In this document: positions 51,386-60,521 of the stretch, piece by piece
Layout of the letters: every line of letters begins with the position of its first letter
Numbering within the stretch: position 1 is the first letter of the stretch
Source: Longimicrobiales bacterium
GTDB lineage: Bacteria; Gemmatimonadota; Gemmatimonadetes; Longimicrobiales; Gaopeijiaceae
Assembly (NCBI GenBank): GCA_965218295.1
Contig: CBDCKN010000013.1
Coordinates: 553,032-617,031 of the forward strand
DNA length: 64,000 bases
Direction: 5' to 3'
Position numbers and translations under genes: made by a program
Notes under the pieces: generated by a model
Databases searched by the model: none
The model's input: only the letters and a program-made list of their open reading frames with translations
Told to the model about the DNA's origin: nothing

Positions 51386-52225
51386 TCACGCCGGGCGCTC
51401 TCCCTCGATGGTGACGCGGTATCCGGATCGGGTCTGGGGCCAGTAGTCCCAGATAGCCAGGTGCTGAGTCCAGCGGTTGTCCCAGAAGGCGATGGAGTGG
51501 GGCTCCCACCGAAAGCGGCACTGGAACTCTCCCCGTTGGACGTGCCGGAAGAGGAATTCGAGGATCGCGTCGCTCTCGGCTTTGGGCAGGTCAACGAGGT
51601 GCGTGGTGAAGAGCTCGTTGACGAATAGGGCCTTCCTCCCGGTCACGGGATGGGATCGGACTACAGGGTGCTCGGCCTTGGAGTACTCGCGCCCTCCTTC
51701 GTCACGACCGATGATCGCGTTCACCTCCCGATAGTACGGTCCGCCGTCGTGAATCGCCGTCAACCCCTGCAAGAGGCTCTTCATGGGTCCGGAGAGGGCG
51801 TCGTACGCCGCGTACATGCTGGCGAAGAGCGTGTCGCCCCCCGAGTCCGGCACCGTGAATAGGCGGAGGATCGAGCCCAGAGGTGGCTCTTCAGTACAGG
51901 ACACATCGGAGTGCCAGCGCTCCCCCGTCACTCGTTTGGACGACTCGTCGGAGTGGATGATCATGACCTCGGGATGTCCGTCGAGCCCGGGGTCGTTGGG
52001 ATGCACGACCAGCTCTCCGAACCACTTTCCCAGCATCTTCTGGTGCTCCACCGTGATTTCCTGGTCCCGGAAAAAGATCACCTGATGAGCCGTGAGCGCG
52101 TCCTGAATCTCCTGGACGGTGACCTCGTCCAGCGGCTCGTCGAGGTGCACGCCTTCGATCTCGGCCCCGATGACCGGTGTGACGGGACGGACCGAGATGC
52201 GTTCGTAAGTGGTCCCTTCGCTCAT
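51386..52225 (-). CDS. TauD/TfdA-family 2-oxoglutarate dioxygenase
   Basis: WHSDVS, GGDTLFASM, HPVVR.HP.TGRK and WDNR..QH. Confidence 0.93.
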   Translation of the reverse strand: MSEGTTYERISVRPVTPVIGAEIEGVHLDEPLDEVTVQEIQDALTAHQVIFFRDQEITVEHQKMLGKWFGELVVHPNDPGLDGHPEVMIIHSDESSKRVTGERWHSDVSCTEEPPLGSILRLFTVPDSGGDTLFASMYAAYDALSGPMKSLLQGLTAIHDGGPYYREVNAIIGRDEGGREYSKAEHPVVRSHPVTGRKALFVNELFTTHLVDLPKAESDAILEFLFRHVQRGEFQCRFRWEPHSIAFWDNRWTQHLAIWDYWPQTRSGYRVTIEGERPA

Positions 52226-52470
52226 GGCTCCGAGCCCTCGGCAACCCTGCCTGTGTGGCGATCATAGACCGGCCTGCCGTCGGCGTCGGCGAGGCTCCAG
52301 CTCGTCCGGTGAACCAGTCGCACGATAGTCTCCGTCTTGCCGTACTCGATCCGATCGGGTGTGAGGACCGTGCCGTTAACTAAGAGATCGATGCGTCCGT
52401 CGTGATCGAAAAAAAGCGCATGCGTCGTAACGGGCGTCGATGTCGAGCCCAAGCCGGGCCAAGCGTCACG

Positions 52471-53319
52471 CTAGTTGCCCTTCGCGCTCACGACCCGGTT
52501 CCTGAGCACGCCCACTCCCTCGATCTCCACTTCCACGACGTCCCCGTCCTCCAGGGCACGAGTCGTCTGGGGCGTGCCCGTGAAAATGAGGTCGCCGGGC
52601 TCCAAGGTGATGTAGCGGCTGATGTAGCTCACGATGGCCGAGGCGTCGAAAATGAGGTCGCTGGATCGCTCCGACTGGCGTACCTCGCCATTGACACGGG
52701 TCTGGACCAGCAGGTCGTCCGGATTGAGCCCGACGGTGACCGCCGGCCCAACCGGCCCGAACGTGTCGGACGCTTTGGCGCGGAACCACTGGAGGTCGGC
52801 GCCCTGCCAGTCCCTCTCACTGACGTCGTTTCCTCCGGTGACGCCGAAGACGTAGTCGAGGGCCTCGCTCTCGGACACGTTCTTCGCGCGCTTGCCGATC
52901 ACCAGGACCAGCTCACCCTCGTAGTGGAGGTTGCTGGCTCCCTCGGGCCGGACGATGTCGGCTTCGTGCCCCACGAGAGAGGTGGGATACTTGGCGAAGA
53001 GTCCCGGATACGCGGCCGGCTGGCGATCCCCGATATGGCTGCGGTAGTTCAGCCCCACGGCGATGACCTTCTGAGGCTCGGAGGGGGGCAACAGCTTCAC
53101 GGCCGACAGATCCACCATGGTCTCCGTGAGGGTGTGCTCGCCGTAGAGATTGCCCTCGAGCCTCTGAATGCGGTCACCGTCCAGCACCCCGTAGGAAATG
53201 CGGCCCTGATACTCGTAGCGGACGAAGGAGACGGGGCCGTCGTGGTCCTGGGCGTCAGTTCCTGGCCGGCCGGATACTGCGGCGAGGGTGACGGCGATAA
53301 GCGGGGTGACCGTGCGCAT
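52471..53319 (-). CDS. Fumarylacetoacetate hydrolase-family protein with signal-like N-terminus
   Basis: AVGLNY, HYEGEL, NDVSER, KASDTFGP and DLIFTGTP. Confidence 0.9.
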   Translation of the reverse strand: MRTVTPLIAVTLAAVSGRPGTDAQDHDGPVSFVRYEYQGRISYGVLDGDRIQRLEGNLYGEHTLTETMVDLSAVKLLPPSEPQKVIAVGLNYRSHIGDRQPAAYPGLFAKYPTSLVGHEADIVRPEGASNLHYEGELVLVIGKRAKNVSESEALDYVFGVTGGNDVSERDWQGADLQWFRAKASDTFGPVGPAVTVGLNPDDLLVQTRVNGEVRQSERSSDLIFDASAIVSYISRYITLEPGDLIFTGTPQTTRALEDGDVVEVEIEGVGVLRNRVVSAKGN

Positions 53320-53428
53320 GGGATCCCTCCTTATTGAGGCACTCAGTGATGCTGGGACCGAAGAGGGAGCGGGGCAAGGCCACTGCGAGTCCCCCCGGCC
53401 CGTGGAACTCGCCGGGGTATGCACACGT

Positions 53429-54358
53429 ATGCGCTCCCCTCATGCCGACCCGGCCCTGTGGAAGCTGACGCTGGCCTTCGCCTCGGTCTACTTCATATGG
53501 GGCTCCACCTATCTCGCCATCCGCTTTGCCATCGAGACCCTCCCGCCGTTTTCCATGGCGGCGGTTCGGTTTCTCGTGGCCGGCGCGATCCTCTACGCTT
53601 TCGCTCGGCGACGGGCCGAGCGTCCCGATGGGCGCCACTGGCTCTCGGCGGCCGTCGTGGGCGCGCTCCTGCTTGGGGGCGGAAACGGGGGAGTAGTGTG
53701 GGCCGAGCAATGGGTGCCTTCCGGACTGGCTGCCCTGATCATTGCCACCGTGCCCCTTTGGATGGTGCTCATCGATTGGCTTTCTGGAGGGGGCCCCCGC
53801 CCCTCCAGCGCGTTGATGGCGGGGCTCCTGTGGGGTCTCCTGGGTGTGGGCCTCCTGGTCACCTCGGACCACGTGGGGGCCCAGAGTCGGGAAGGGCTCG
53901 TGGGCGGCATAGCGCTGCTCGGGGCCGCCCTGGCATGGGCTTCGGGCTCCATCTATGCGCGCCGGGCTCGGCTCCCGGCCTCCCCCTGGCTGACCACGGC
54001 CATGCAGATGCTCACCGGAGGGGCCGTCCTCGCCGTCATGGCGGTCATGGCCGGCGAGGGTGGACAGCTCGATCCCTCCAGCTTCTCCATGAAGTCCGTC
54101 CTCGCCCTTGCATACCTGATCCTCTTCGGTGCCCTGATCGGCTTCTCGGCATACATCTGGTTGCTGGGGGTGACCACACCCGCCCGGGCCACCACCTATG
54201 CGTACGTGAACCCAGCGGTGGCCGTGCTCCTGGGATGGCTGCTGGCCGGCGAGCAGCTCGATCTGAGGGCCGGGGTGGCCATGGCCATGATCCTCTCCGC
54301 CGTCGTCGTGGTCTCATTGAAGGGCGGCCGAACGAGAGCCTCTTCCCGAGTACGGTAG
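53429..54358 (+). CDS. EamA/DMT transporter (YedA-like)
   Basis: VYFIWGSTYLAIR...TYAYVNPAVAV. Confidence 0.92.
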   Translation: MRSPHADPALWKLTLAFASVYFIWGSTYLAIRFAIETLPPFSMAAVRFLVAGAILYAFARRRAERPDGRHWLSAAVVGALLLGGGNGGVVWAEQWVPSGLAALIIATVPLWMVLIDWLSGGGPRPSSALMAGLLWGLLGVGLLVTSDHVGAQSREGLVGGIALLGAALAWASGSIYARRARLPASPWLTTAMQMLTGGAVLAVMAVMAGEGGQLDPSSFSMKSVLALAYLILFGALIGFSAYIWLLGVTTPARATTYAYVNPAVAVLLGWLLAGEQLDLRAGVAMAMILSAVVVVSLKGGRTRASSRVR

Positions 54359-54460
54359 CGTCCGGAGGAGCCAACCCACCTCGCTTGCGGCCACCCGCGC
54401 TGTCGCACAGGATACCTGCGCGTCGCTGGCTTACGTCCAGCGAGCCGGAGGGACAGCGCC

Positions 54461-55168
54461 GTGAGGGACCCAGAGGCCTTCGACTTCGAAGGTGACTACG
54501 GTGAGGGCTACAGCTTCATCGCCGAGACCGTCATTCCAGGCTACGACCAGGTCTTCGAAGCGGTGCGCGCCCTTCTCCACACCCACCTCGACTCCGAGGG
54601 GCACGTCCTCGTGGTCGGCTGCGGCACAGGCAAGGAGATCGAGCATCTGACCCCGCCTCGGTCTGGGTGGCGCTTCACCGCCGTCGACCCCAGCACCAAG
54701 ATGATCGAGGCCACCCGGAGCGTGGTTGCGCAGTTGGGCGTCGAGGAGCGCGTCCGTCTCCACCACGGCCACGTTTACGATCTCCCCATGAGGCCCGAGT
54801 TCGACGCCGCGACGGTCATCAACGTCATGCACTTCCTCCCGGACGACGGTGCCAAACAAGAGCTGCTTACGAGCGTGGCCGAGCGCGTGCGGCCGGAAGG
54901 TCCGGTGGTGCTCTTCGATCTTCACGGTGACCCTGACTCGGCGGCCTTCGCGACGCTGTGGTCGGCGTGGCTCGAGTTCATGGAGCACCGTGGGCTCATG
55001 GGCCATGCGAAGAAGCGCTTCGTGGAACGCCTGGAGCAAGGGATCGCCTTCGTCCCCGAGGCTCGGATCCTCGAGCTGTGCCGGAGCGCCGGGCTCGGCC
55101 TGGTGGCGCGATTCTTCGGTGGCTTTCTGTACGGGGGATGGTTGCTGAAGCGAGAGATCACGGAGTGA
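54461..55168 (+). CDS. Class I SAM methyltransferase
   Basis: IPGYD, VLVVGCGTG.E and VDPS..M. Confidence 0.88.
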   Translation: MRDPEAFDFEGDYGEGYSFIAETVIPGYDQVFEAVRALLHTHLDSEGHVLVVGCGTGKEIEHLTPPRSGWRFTAVDPSTKMIEATRSVVAQLGVEERVRLHHGHVYDLPMRPEFDAATVINVMHFLPDDGAKQELLTSVAERVRPEGPVVLFDLHGDPDSAAFATLWSAWLEFMEHRGLMGHAKKRFVERLEQGIAFVPEARILELCRSAGLGLVARFFGGFLYGGWLLKREITE

Positions 55169-55218
55169 AGCCCCGTAGCCGACCTTGGCGCGACGGTCGG
55201 TCCCGCTGGAGGCGACGT

Positions 55219-56052
55219 CTAGCCAGCGACGGCCTCTCCGAACTTGGAGTAGGTACCGAAGACCCGCGTCTCCTCCGTGGTGCCCTCGAGCACCCGGAGG
55301 CACTCGGTCAGATCCTCGGGCCGGTCCGCACGCACTTCCATGTAGAATCGATACTGCCAGGGAGCGCCCCTGATGGGACGGGCGACGATCTGGGTCATGT
55401 CGACGCCGTGGCCGGCGAACACTCCAAGCACCTCATGGAGGCCCCCCGGCTCGTTTCGGACCACCACGGCGACCGCGGCGGAGTCCCCGCTCGTCGCCGT
55501 CTCGGCGGCCGATGCGGTCAACTCGAAGAAGCGGGTGTAGTTCCTGTGGTCGTCCTCTACACCGCCCTTCAGCACCTCCGCGCCGTAGAGCTCTGCTGCG
55601 AGGGGCGATCCGATGGCGGCGTCGTAGTCGGCGTTGCCGAGCATGAGGTCTCTGACGCTGCCCGCCGTGTCGTAGACCACCACGCTCTCCATGAGGGGGT
55701 TCGCGTCGAAAAGCCCACAGCACTGCTTGAGGGCCACCGGATGCGAAGCGACCGACCGCACGTCCTCCAGACGGACGCCGGGAGGAGCCGAAAGGCACAG
55801 GCGAATCCGGACGCGCGTCTCGCCCACGACCTCGAGGCCCGTGGACCACAAGAGATCCAGGGACTCGACGACGGGGCCCGCCAAGGCGTTCTCCACCGGG
55901 ATCACGGCCCGGTCAACGTCGTGGCTCAGGACGGACTCGAACGCCTCGTCGAAGGTCCTGCAGGGATGAAGCTCGATATCCGGACCGAGCAGCTGCTGGG
56001 CCGCTGCATGGCTGAACGCCCCAGCCTCTCCCTGGATGGAGACGCGGGTCAT
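55219..56052 (-). CDS. pheA: Prephenate dehydratase with ACT domain
   Basis: QGEAGAFS, PVENALAG, SHPVALKQC, NYTRF and YRFYME. Confidence 0.92.
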   Translation of the reverse strand: MTRVSIQGEAGAFSHAAAQQLLGPDIELHPCRTFDEAFESVLSHDVDRAVIPVENALAGPVVESLDLLWSTGLEVVGETRVRIRLCLSAPPGVRLEDVRSVASHPVALKQCCGLFDANPLMESVVVYDTAGSVRDLMLGNADYDAAIGSPLAAELYGAEVLKGGVEDDHRNYTRFFELTASAAETATSGDSAAVAVVVRNEPGGLHEVLGVFAGHGVDMTQIVARPIRGAPWQYRFYMEVRADRPEDLTECLRVLEGTTEETRVFGTYSKFGEAVAG

Positions 56053-56351
56053 CTCGCGCCCACTCCCGGGTCCCTCGAATGGGCCCACTTCGACAGGGCG
56101 ATGAGGCGCCAGAACACGTCCCGGATGATCTCGGGGTCCAACTCCAGCTCCCTGGCTATCTCGGCCACCTGCCGGACCACGGCCGCCTCGCGGGCAGGAT
56201 CCTCGTACCTCAGTTCCCCTTGGTCCTTCAGGAGCCTTGCCTCCCGGGCCAAATCGAGTCGGGCCGCCATGAGCCCCACCAGGGATCGATCGACGGCGTC
56301 GATCTCACCTCTCACCATGTGGAGCTCCCTAACTGCTTCCATCGTCGTCAT
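56049..56351 (-). CDS. Chorismate mutase (AroQ type)
   Basis: RGEIDAVD..LV.L..AR...K...DPARE; ATGA-coupled to prephenate dehydratase. Confidence 0.88.
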   Translation of the reverse strand: MTTMEAVRELHMVRGEIDAVDRSLVGLMAARLDLAREARLLKDQGELRYEDPAREAAVVRQVAEIARELELDPEIIRDVFWRLIALSKWAHSRDPGVGAR

Positions 56352-56368
56352 TGCAAAATCCTTTGAAC

Positions 56369-56402
56369 AAAAAAAGACGCCCCGGCGATCTGCCAGGACG
56401 TC
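56369..56402 (-). terminator. Attenuator terminator upstream of chorismate mutase
   Basis: GACGTCCTGGC-AGATC-GCCGGGGCGTC followed by T7 on the minus strand. Confidence 0.8.
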
Positions 56403-56428
56403 GATCCACCCATGGGTTGGCTCTGGTA

Positions 56429-56518
56429 CTACAACGCACGCACCTCCGGCCACACGCCTGGCAACGGTTTACCCGGCGAGCCCATAAATCGATCGCTCTG
56501 CGAGAAAATGATGTTCAT
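56429..56518 (-). CDS. Putative leader peptide MNIIFSQSDRFMGSPGKPLPGVWPEVRAL
   Basis: Lies between TTGACA (56549-56554) and the terminator; contains the antiterminator arm. Confidence 0.55.
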   Translation of the reverse strand: MNIIFSQSDRFMGSPGKPLPGVWPEVRAL

Positions 56519-56601
56519 GGGCCGATAGTTACCCGAAGCCTTGGGATGTGTCAAGAGCCTTTAAGTCTCGTCGTTGCGTCGGCCAGGGCCCGGACGCTCC
56601 G

Positions 56602-57027
56602 TCAACTCTGGATGTACTGCTTGAGATACGCGTTCTCGTCCTCGGCAACGCGCCGGAACGCGTTCACGACATCACCGATCGTGACGATCCCGGCCAACCT
56701 ACCTTCCTCGATGACGGGGAGGTGTCGAATCCGGTTCTCCGTCATGACCTCCATGACGTGAGCCAGGTCGTCGTCGGGCGCCAACTTGATCACGTCGCGC
56801 GTCATCACCTGACCGACTTCCAGGGCCTGGAGCTCGTCCGGCTTTCTCGCGACGAGACGGAGGATGTCCCGTTCCGTGAGAATCCCGATGACCTCGCCGC
56901 CATCCACCACCACCACGCCACCTATGTTGTGGTCCACGAGAACGCGCACGACTTGGAGGACGCTATCGTCGGTGGACGCGGTGACGACGTCGTGCCCTTT
57001 GTGGCGGAGGATATCCCTGATCTTCAT
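56602..57027 (-). CDS. CBS-domain protein
   Basis: GILTERDI, VMTRDV, RIRHLPV and IVTIGDVV. Confidence 0.93.
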   Translation of the reverse strand: MKIRDILRHKGHDVVTASTDDSVLQVVRVLVDHNIGGVVVVDGGEVIGILTERDILRLVARKPDELQALEVGQVMTRDVIKLAPDDDLAHVMEVMTENRIRHLPVIEEGRLAGIVTIGDVVNAFRRVAEDENAYLKQYIQS

Positions 57028-57061
57028 ACCTGCCTCCTGCGGAATACCTGCCTCCTGCGGA
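57026..57061 (-). repeat. 18-bp tandem duplication of the CBS gene ribosome-binding site
   Basis: TCCGCAGGAGGCAGGTAT twice, immediately before the ATG. Confidence 0.85.
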
Positions 57062-57275
57062 CGGGTGCGGGGGGAATCCCTACCCAATCTCGGGGTTGGC
57101 ACGCTCCTGCGCCATTGCCTTCTTGCCCTACTCCCCGACCCCGACGGCGCCTCGCCCGGAAAACAGCGAGATTAATGTCCAGCAGTAGCGGAGATTCTCG
57201 GGATGACCTGTGGGGTCGGTGTCCCTCGAGGATCGGAGTCACCGGATACGCCCCCCTCGGGAGGGGAAGGCGACC

Positions 57276-58370
57276 ATGCTCGACCTTCGCCAGTTGACGG
57301 AGCTGCACCGCCGGCTCAAGGACACACCCCTGCTCAGCGTCTATCTCGATGGGGATGAGACCGATCCTTCGGAGCGGACCGCCTGGCGCCGAAGACTTCA
57401 AAGAGAGACCCGCCGTCTCGGCAACGAACTGGTGGACCACTCGCCGACCGATCTCGCGGCCTTCGGCCAGGCCCTCGAGGTTCTCGAGAGCCATCTCGGA
57501 CGGCACCACGGCTTCCTTCCCTCGCCCGGGTGGGCGGGCTTCTTCACCGAAGGTGCGATCCACCACTCCGAGTCACTGCCGGTTCGGGTTCCCACCGTAG
57601 TGGTCTGGCAGAGGGGCGCCCTGCTTACGCCCTATCTGCGAGTGCTGAACCTGGCTCACGCCGTGGCCGTCGTCCTGTGCGACCACTGGCGATCACGACT
57701 GTTGAGACAACAGGGTGGTCGGTTGACCGAGGCCAAGGAGCTGGAGGTCGACCGCTCCCTCGAGGATTTCTCGGACGTAGGGATGATGAAGTCCGCCCGC
57801 GTCGCCACCGGGGTGAGGGGTGCCACGGCTCGCGATGCGGCCCAGAGATCCCTCGTGGCGGAAAGCCAGCAACTGGTCCGGGATACGACCCAGGCCATAG
57901 TCGATTTGATCGGTCACGAAGGCTCGGTGATCATCGGGGGCCCACCCGACGTTGCGTCGGCACTCCGCTCCGGCCTTCCCGACGCCCTCATAGCTCGCAC
58001 CACCATTGCGTCCGGTCTCGAGCTCGAGATGCCGGCGTCGGAGCTGTCCCGCGAGATCGCTCCATTCCTCGATGACATCCGCGATCACGAGCACGGCAAA
58101 GTTCTCCGGGCCATCATCGACTCCGCCCATCCAGGCGGCAAGGGCACACTCGGGCTCAAGAACACCCGATTGGCCCTGGATCAGGGGGCGGTGGATATGC
58201 TGCTGATATCCAGAAGACTCGCCGATGAGGAGCGATCCGACGTCGAGCCTCTGGTGAGCGCCGCACTGCTTCACGGTGGAGGTGTTGCGGAGCTGAGCGG
58301 AGGCTCCGGGAATCTCCTCGACGCGGAGGGTGGAGGATTGGGAGCCCGGCTGCGCTTCTCCGTACTCTGA
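57276..58370 (+). CDS. Bacterial aeRF1-like (baeRF) protein
   Basis: LLSVYLD N-domain; IIGGPP; eRF1 domain-3-like G....ALDQGAVDMLLI...GGLGARLRF. Confidence 0.8.
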   Translation: MLDLRQLTELHRRLKDTPLLSVYLDGDETDPSERTAWRRRLQRETRRLGNELVDHSPTDLAAFGQALEVLESHLGRHHGFLPSPGWAGFFTEGAIHHSESLPVRVPTVVVWQRGALLTPYLRVLNLAHAVAVVLCDHWRSRLLRQQGGRLTEAKELEVDRSLEDFSDVGMMKSARVATGVRGATARDAAQRSLVAESQQLVRDTTQAIVDLIGHEGSVIIGGPPDVASALRSGLPDALIARTTIASGLELEMPASELSREIAPFLDDIRDHEHGKVLRAIIDSAHPGGKGTLGLKNTRLALDQGAVDMLLISRRLADEERSDVEPLVSAALLHGGGVAELSGGSGNLLDAEGGGLGARLRFSVL

Positions 58371-58479
58371 TCCACGGTTTCACCCACCGTTCCCGCGGCA
58401 GTTGACGAGAAGCGTCGTTTACGTGAGCTTACAGCGATCAAAGAAATATTGAAGGTAGGCTAGAAGCAGCAGTATCGAT

Positions 58480-58510
58480 GCGGGGGCCTCCAGAGGCTGC
58501 CCGCTTTTTT
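58480..58510 (+). terminator. Rho-independent terminator-like hairpin
   Basis: GCGGG-GGCCTC-CA-GAGGCTG-CCCGC followed by T6. Confidence 0.65.
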
Positions 58511-58520
58511 CGTGGCAGGT

Positions 58521-58615
58521 GCCACGACCCAGCGCGGGGGATACGACCGCGAGAGTCAGGAAGTCGGAAGGTGCGGATCATCCGGACTCCGACCATGACC
58601 AACCAGATGGAGTAG
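58521..58615 (+). promoter_or_regulatory. Structured csp 5'-UTR motif, copy 1
   Basis: Shared with 62166-62259; GTCA..GTCGGA/TCCGAC..TGAC stem. Confidence 0.65.
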
Positions 58616-58825
58616 ATGATGCGTACCAAAGGCACTGTGAAGTGGTTCAACGACCAAAAGGGCTTCGGCTTTATCACCCCGGAGGATGGCAGCAGAGACC
58701 TGTTCGTCCATCATTCCGCGATTCAGGCCGAGGGCTTCAAGTCTCTGGCCGAAGGCGAGAGCGTCGAGTTCGACGTGGTGGAGGGCCAGAAGGGCCCCGC
58801 CGCGGAGAACGTCCAGAAGGTCTAG
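58616..58825 (+). CDS. Cold-shock protein (CspA family)
   Basis: GTVKWFN..KGFGFI and LFVHHSAI. Confidence 0.97.
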   Translation: MMRTKGTVKWFNDQKGFGFITPEDGSRDLFVHHSAIQAEGFKSLAEGESVEFDVVEGQKGPAAENVQKV

Positions 58826-58906
58826 AGCCATTTGGGCCGAGTGGCCCATTAGCAGGTGGCGGGCCGCCCCCGAGCATTCGGGGTGGCCCGCTTGTCTTTT
58901 CCCCCA

Positions 58907-58950
58907 CCGGCCCTCTTGGTGGCTCGCGAACTTCGGAGACGGAACACTAG
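58907..58950. repeat. Right half of the CTAG-bounded MITE-like element
   Basis: Near-identical to 19409-19453. Confidence 0.7.
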
Positions 58951-59028
58951 AGACGCTTGCCGCCCCATCCCGTCCCCAACACGTTGTTGTCGAGCCCCTG
59001 AGCGACCCTTGGCTGACCCGGAATCGAA

Positions 59029-60009
59029 GTGACGACCCCCACCGAGAACCCCCTCCTCCCCTTCGTGCGACTCCAGGGCAGGATCGTGCTTGACGGTGGC
59101 TTGGCCACGGCCTTGGAGGCGCGTGGCCATGACCTGAACGACGATCTCTGGTCCGCTAAGGTGTTGCTGGAAGACCCCAACGCCATCCGGGACGTACACC
59201 GCGACTTCCTGAGGGCGGGCGCCGACTGCATCACGACGGCAACCTATCAGGCCACTTTCCCAGGATTTTCGGCGAGCGGCCAGAGCGACGAGGGCGCCGT
59301 CCGGCTCCTGGTGCGATCCATCGATCTGGCCGTCGAGACTCGCGACTCCTTCTGGGCCGATTCCGAAAACCGGGACCGTCGCCTGCGGCCCCTCGTGGCG
59401 GCGAGTATCGGGCCCTACGGGGCGTTCCTCGCCGACGGATCGGAGTATACGGGCGACTACGGGATCGACGCCGGCGAGCTGCACGCCTTCCACGAGAGAC
59501 GCTGGCATATCCTGGCCGAGAGCCAGGCGGATCTTTTGGCGTGCGAGACCATCCCATCGCGACTCGAGGCCGAGGTGCTCCTCCGCCTTCTACGCGACAC
59601 CCCACACCGGTGGGCGTGGATGAGCTTCAGGTGCCGTGACGGAGCCCATGTCAGCGATGGCAGCCGCCTCGAGCACGTGGCCGAGCTGTGCGCGGCCGAG
59701 CCGCAGGTCGCCGCGGTGGGCATTAATTGCACCGCTCCCGAGCACATCTCCTCGCTGATCGGAGAGATGCGGAAGGCCAAGCCGAAGCCCATCATCGTCT
59801 ATCCTAACTCGGGAGAGGGTTACGACGCCGTGGACAAGAAGTGGACGCCGGCTCCGCGCCCCGTCGACTGGGCGATCCTCATCGACGAGTGGGCAGAGCT
59901 GGGAGCTTCGGGCATCGGCGGGTGCTGCCGCGTTCAGCCGGGCCATATCGCCGAGATGAGGAGCAGGCTCTTCCCACTGGGGACGGGCGGCGGGCCAGGA
60001 TCGCCGTGA
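59029..60009 (+). CDS. mmuM: Homocysteine S-methyltransferase
   Basis: LDGGLATALE, SIGPYGA.LADGSEY, GINC, VYPNSGE and GGCCR. Confidence 0.93.
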   Translation: MTTPTENPLLPFVRLQGRIVLDGGLATALEARGHDLNDDLWSAKVLLEDPNAIRDVHRDFLRAGADCITTATYQATFPGFSASGQSDEGAVRLLVRSIDLAVETRDSFWADSENRDRRLRPLVAASIGPYGAFLADGSEYTGDYGIDAGELHAFHERRWHILAESQADLLACETIPSRLEAEVLLRLLRDTPHRWAWMSFRCRDGAHVSDGSRLEHVAELCAAEPQVAAVGINCTAPEHISSLIGEMRKAKPKPIIVYPNSGEGYDAVDKKWTPAPRPVDWAILIDEWAELGASGIGGCCRVQPGHIAEMRSRLFPLGTGGGPGSP

Positions 60010-60470
60010 ACGAGCACCTACCCGGGATCTTCGTGGATGCCGACGCCTGCCCGGTGAAGGAGGAGGTCTACCGGGTGGCCCAGCGGTACGGGATCAAAGT
60101 TACGCTGGTGTCCAACGCGTGGCTGCGCGCTCCTAAGGAGGAGTGGCTCGAGTTGGTCATCGTGGACGGGGAGCTCGACGCCGCAGACTCCTGGATCATC
60201 GAGCACATCGCGAAGAACGACATCGTCGTCTCGGCGGACATCCCCCTTGCCTCGGAGTGCCTGAAGAAGGGAGTTCGGGTGCTCGATCCCCGGGGACGCC
60301 CCTTCACGGAGGATTCCATCGGTGCCGCCCTGGCTACCCGGGAGCTCATGTCCCACCTCCGGGACATGGGCGAGATGACGGGAGGGCCTCCTCCCTTCCA
60401 GAAGCGAGACCGCTCCCAGTTCCTTCAGGCCCTCGACCGGATGATTCAAGCTATTCGCCGGGGGAAGTAG
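60006..60470 (+). CDS. YaiI/YqxD-family (UPF0178) protein
   Basis: IFVDADACPVK, DAAD.WI and ADIPLA. Confidence 0.93.
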   Translation: MNEHLPGIFVDADACPVKEEVYRVAQRYGIKVTLVSNAWLRAPKEEWLELVIVDGELDAADSWIIEHIAKNDIVVSADIPLASECLKKGVRVLDPRGRPFTEDSIGAALATRELMSHLRDMGEMTGGPPPFQKRDRSQFLQALDRMIQAIRRGK

Positions 60471-60521
60471 GAGGTTCACCGAGGCGGGCCGCTCACCGGG
60501 ACAACCACGCGGAGGCCGGCC

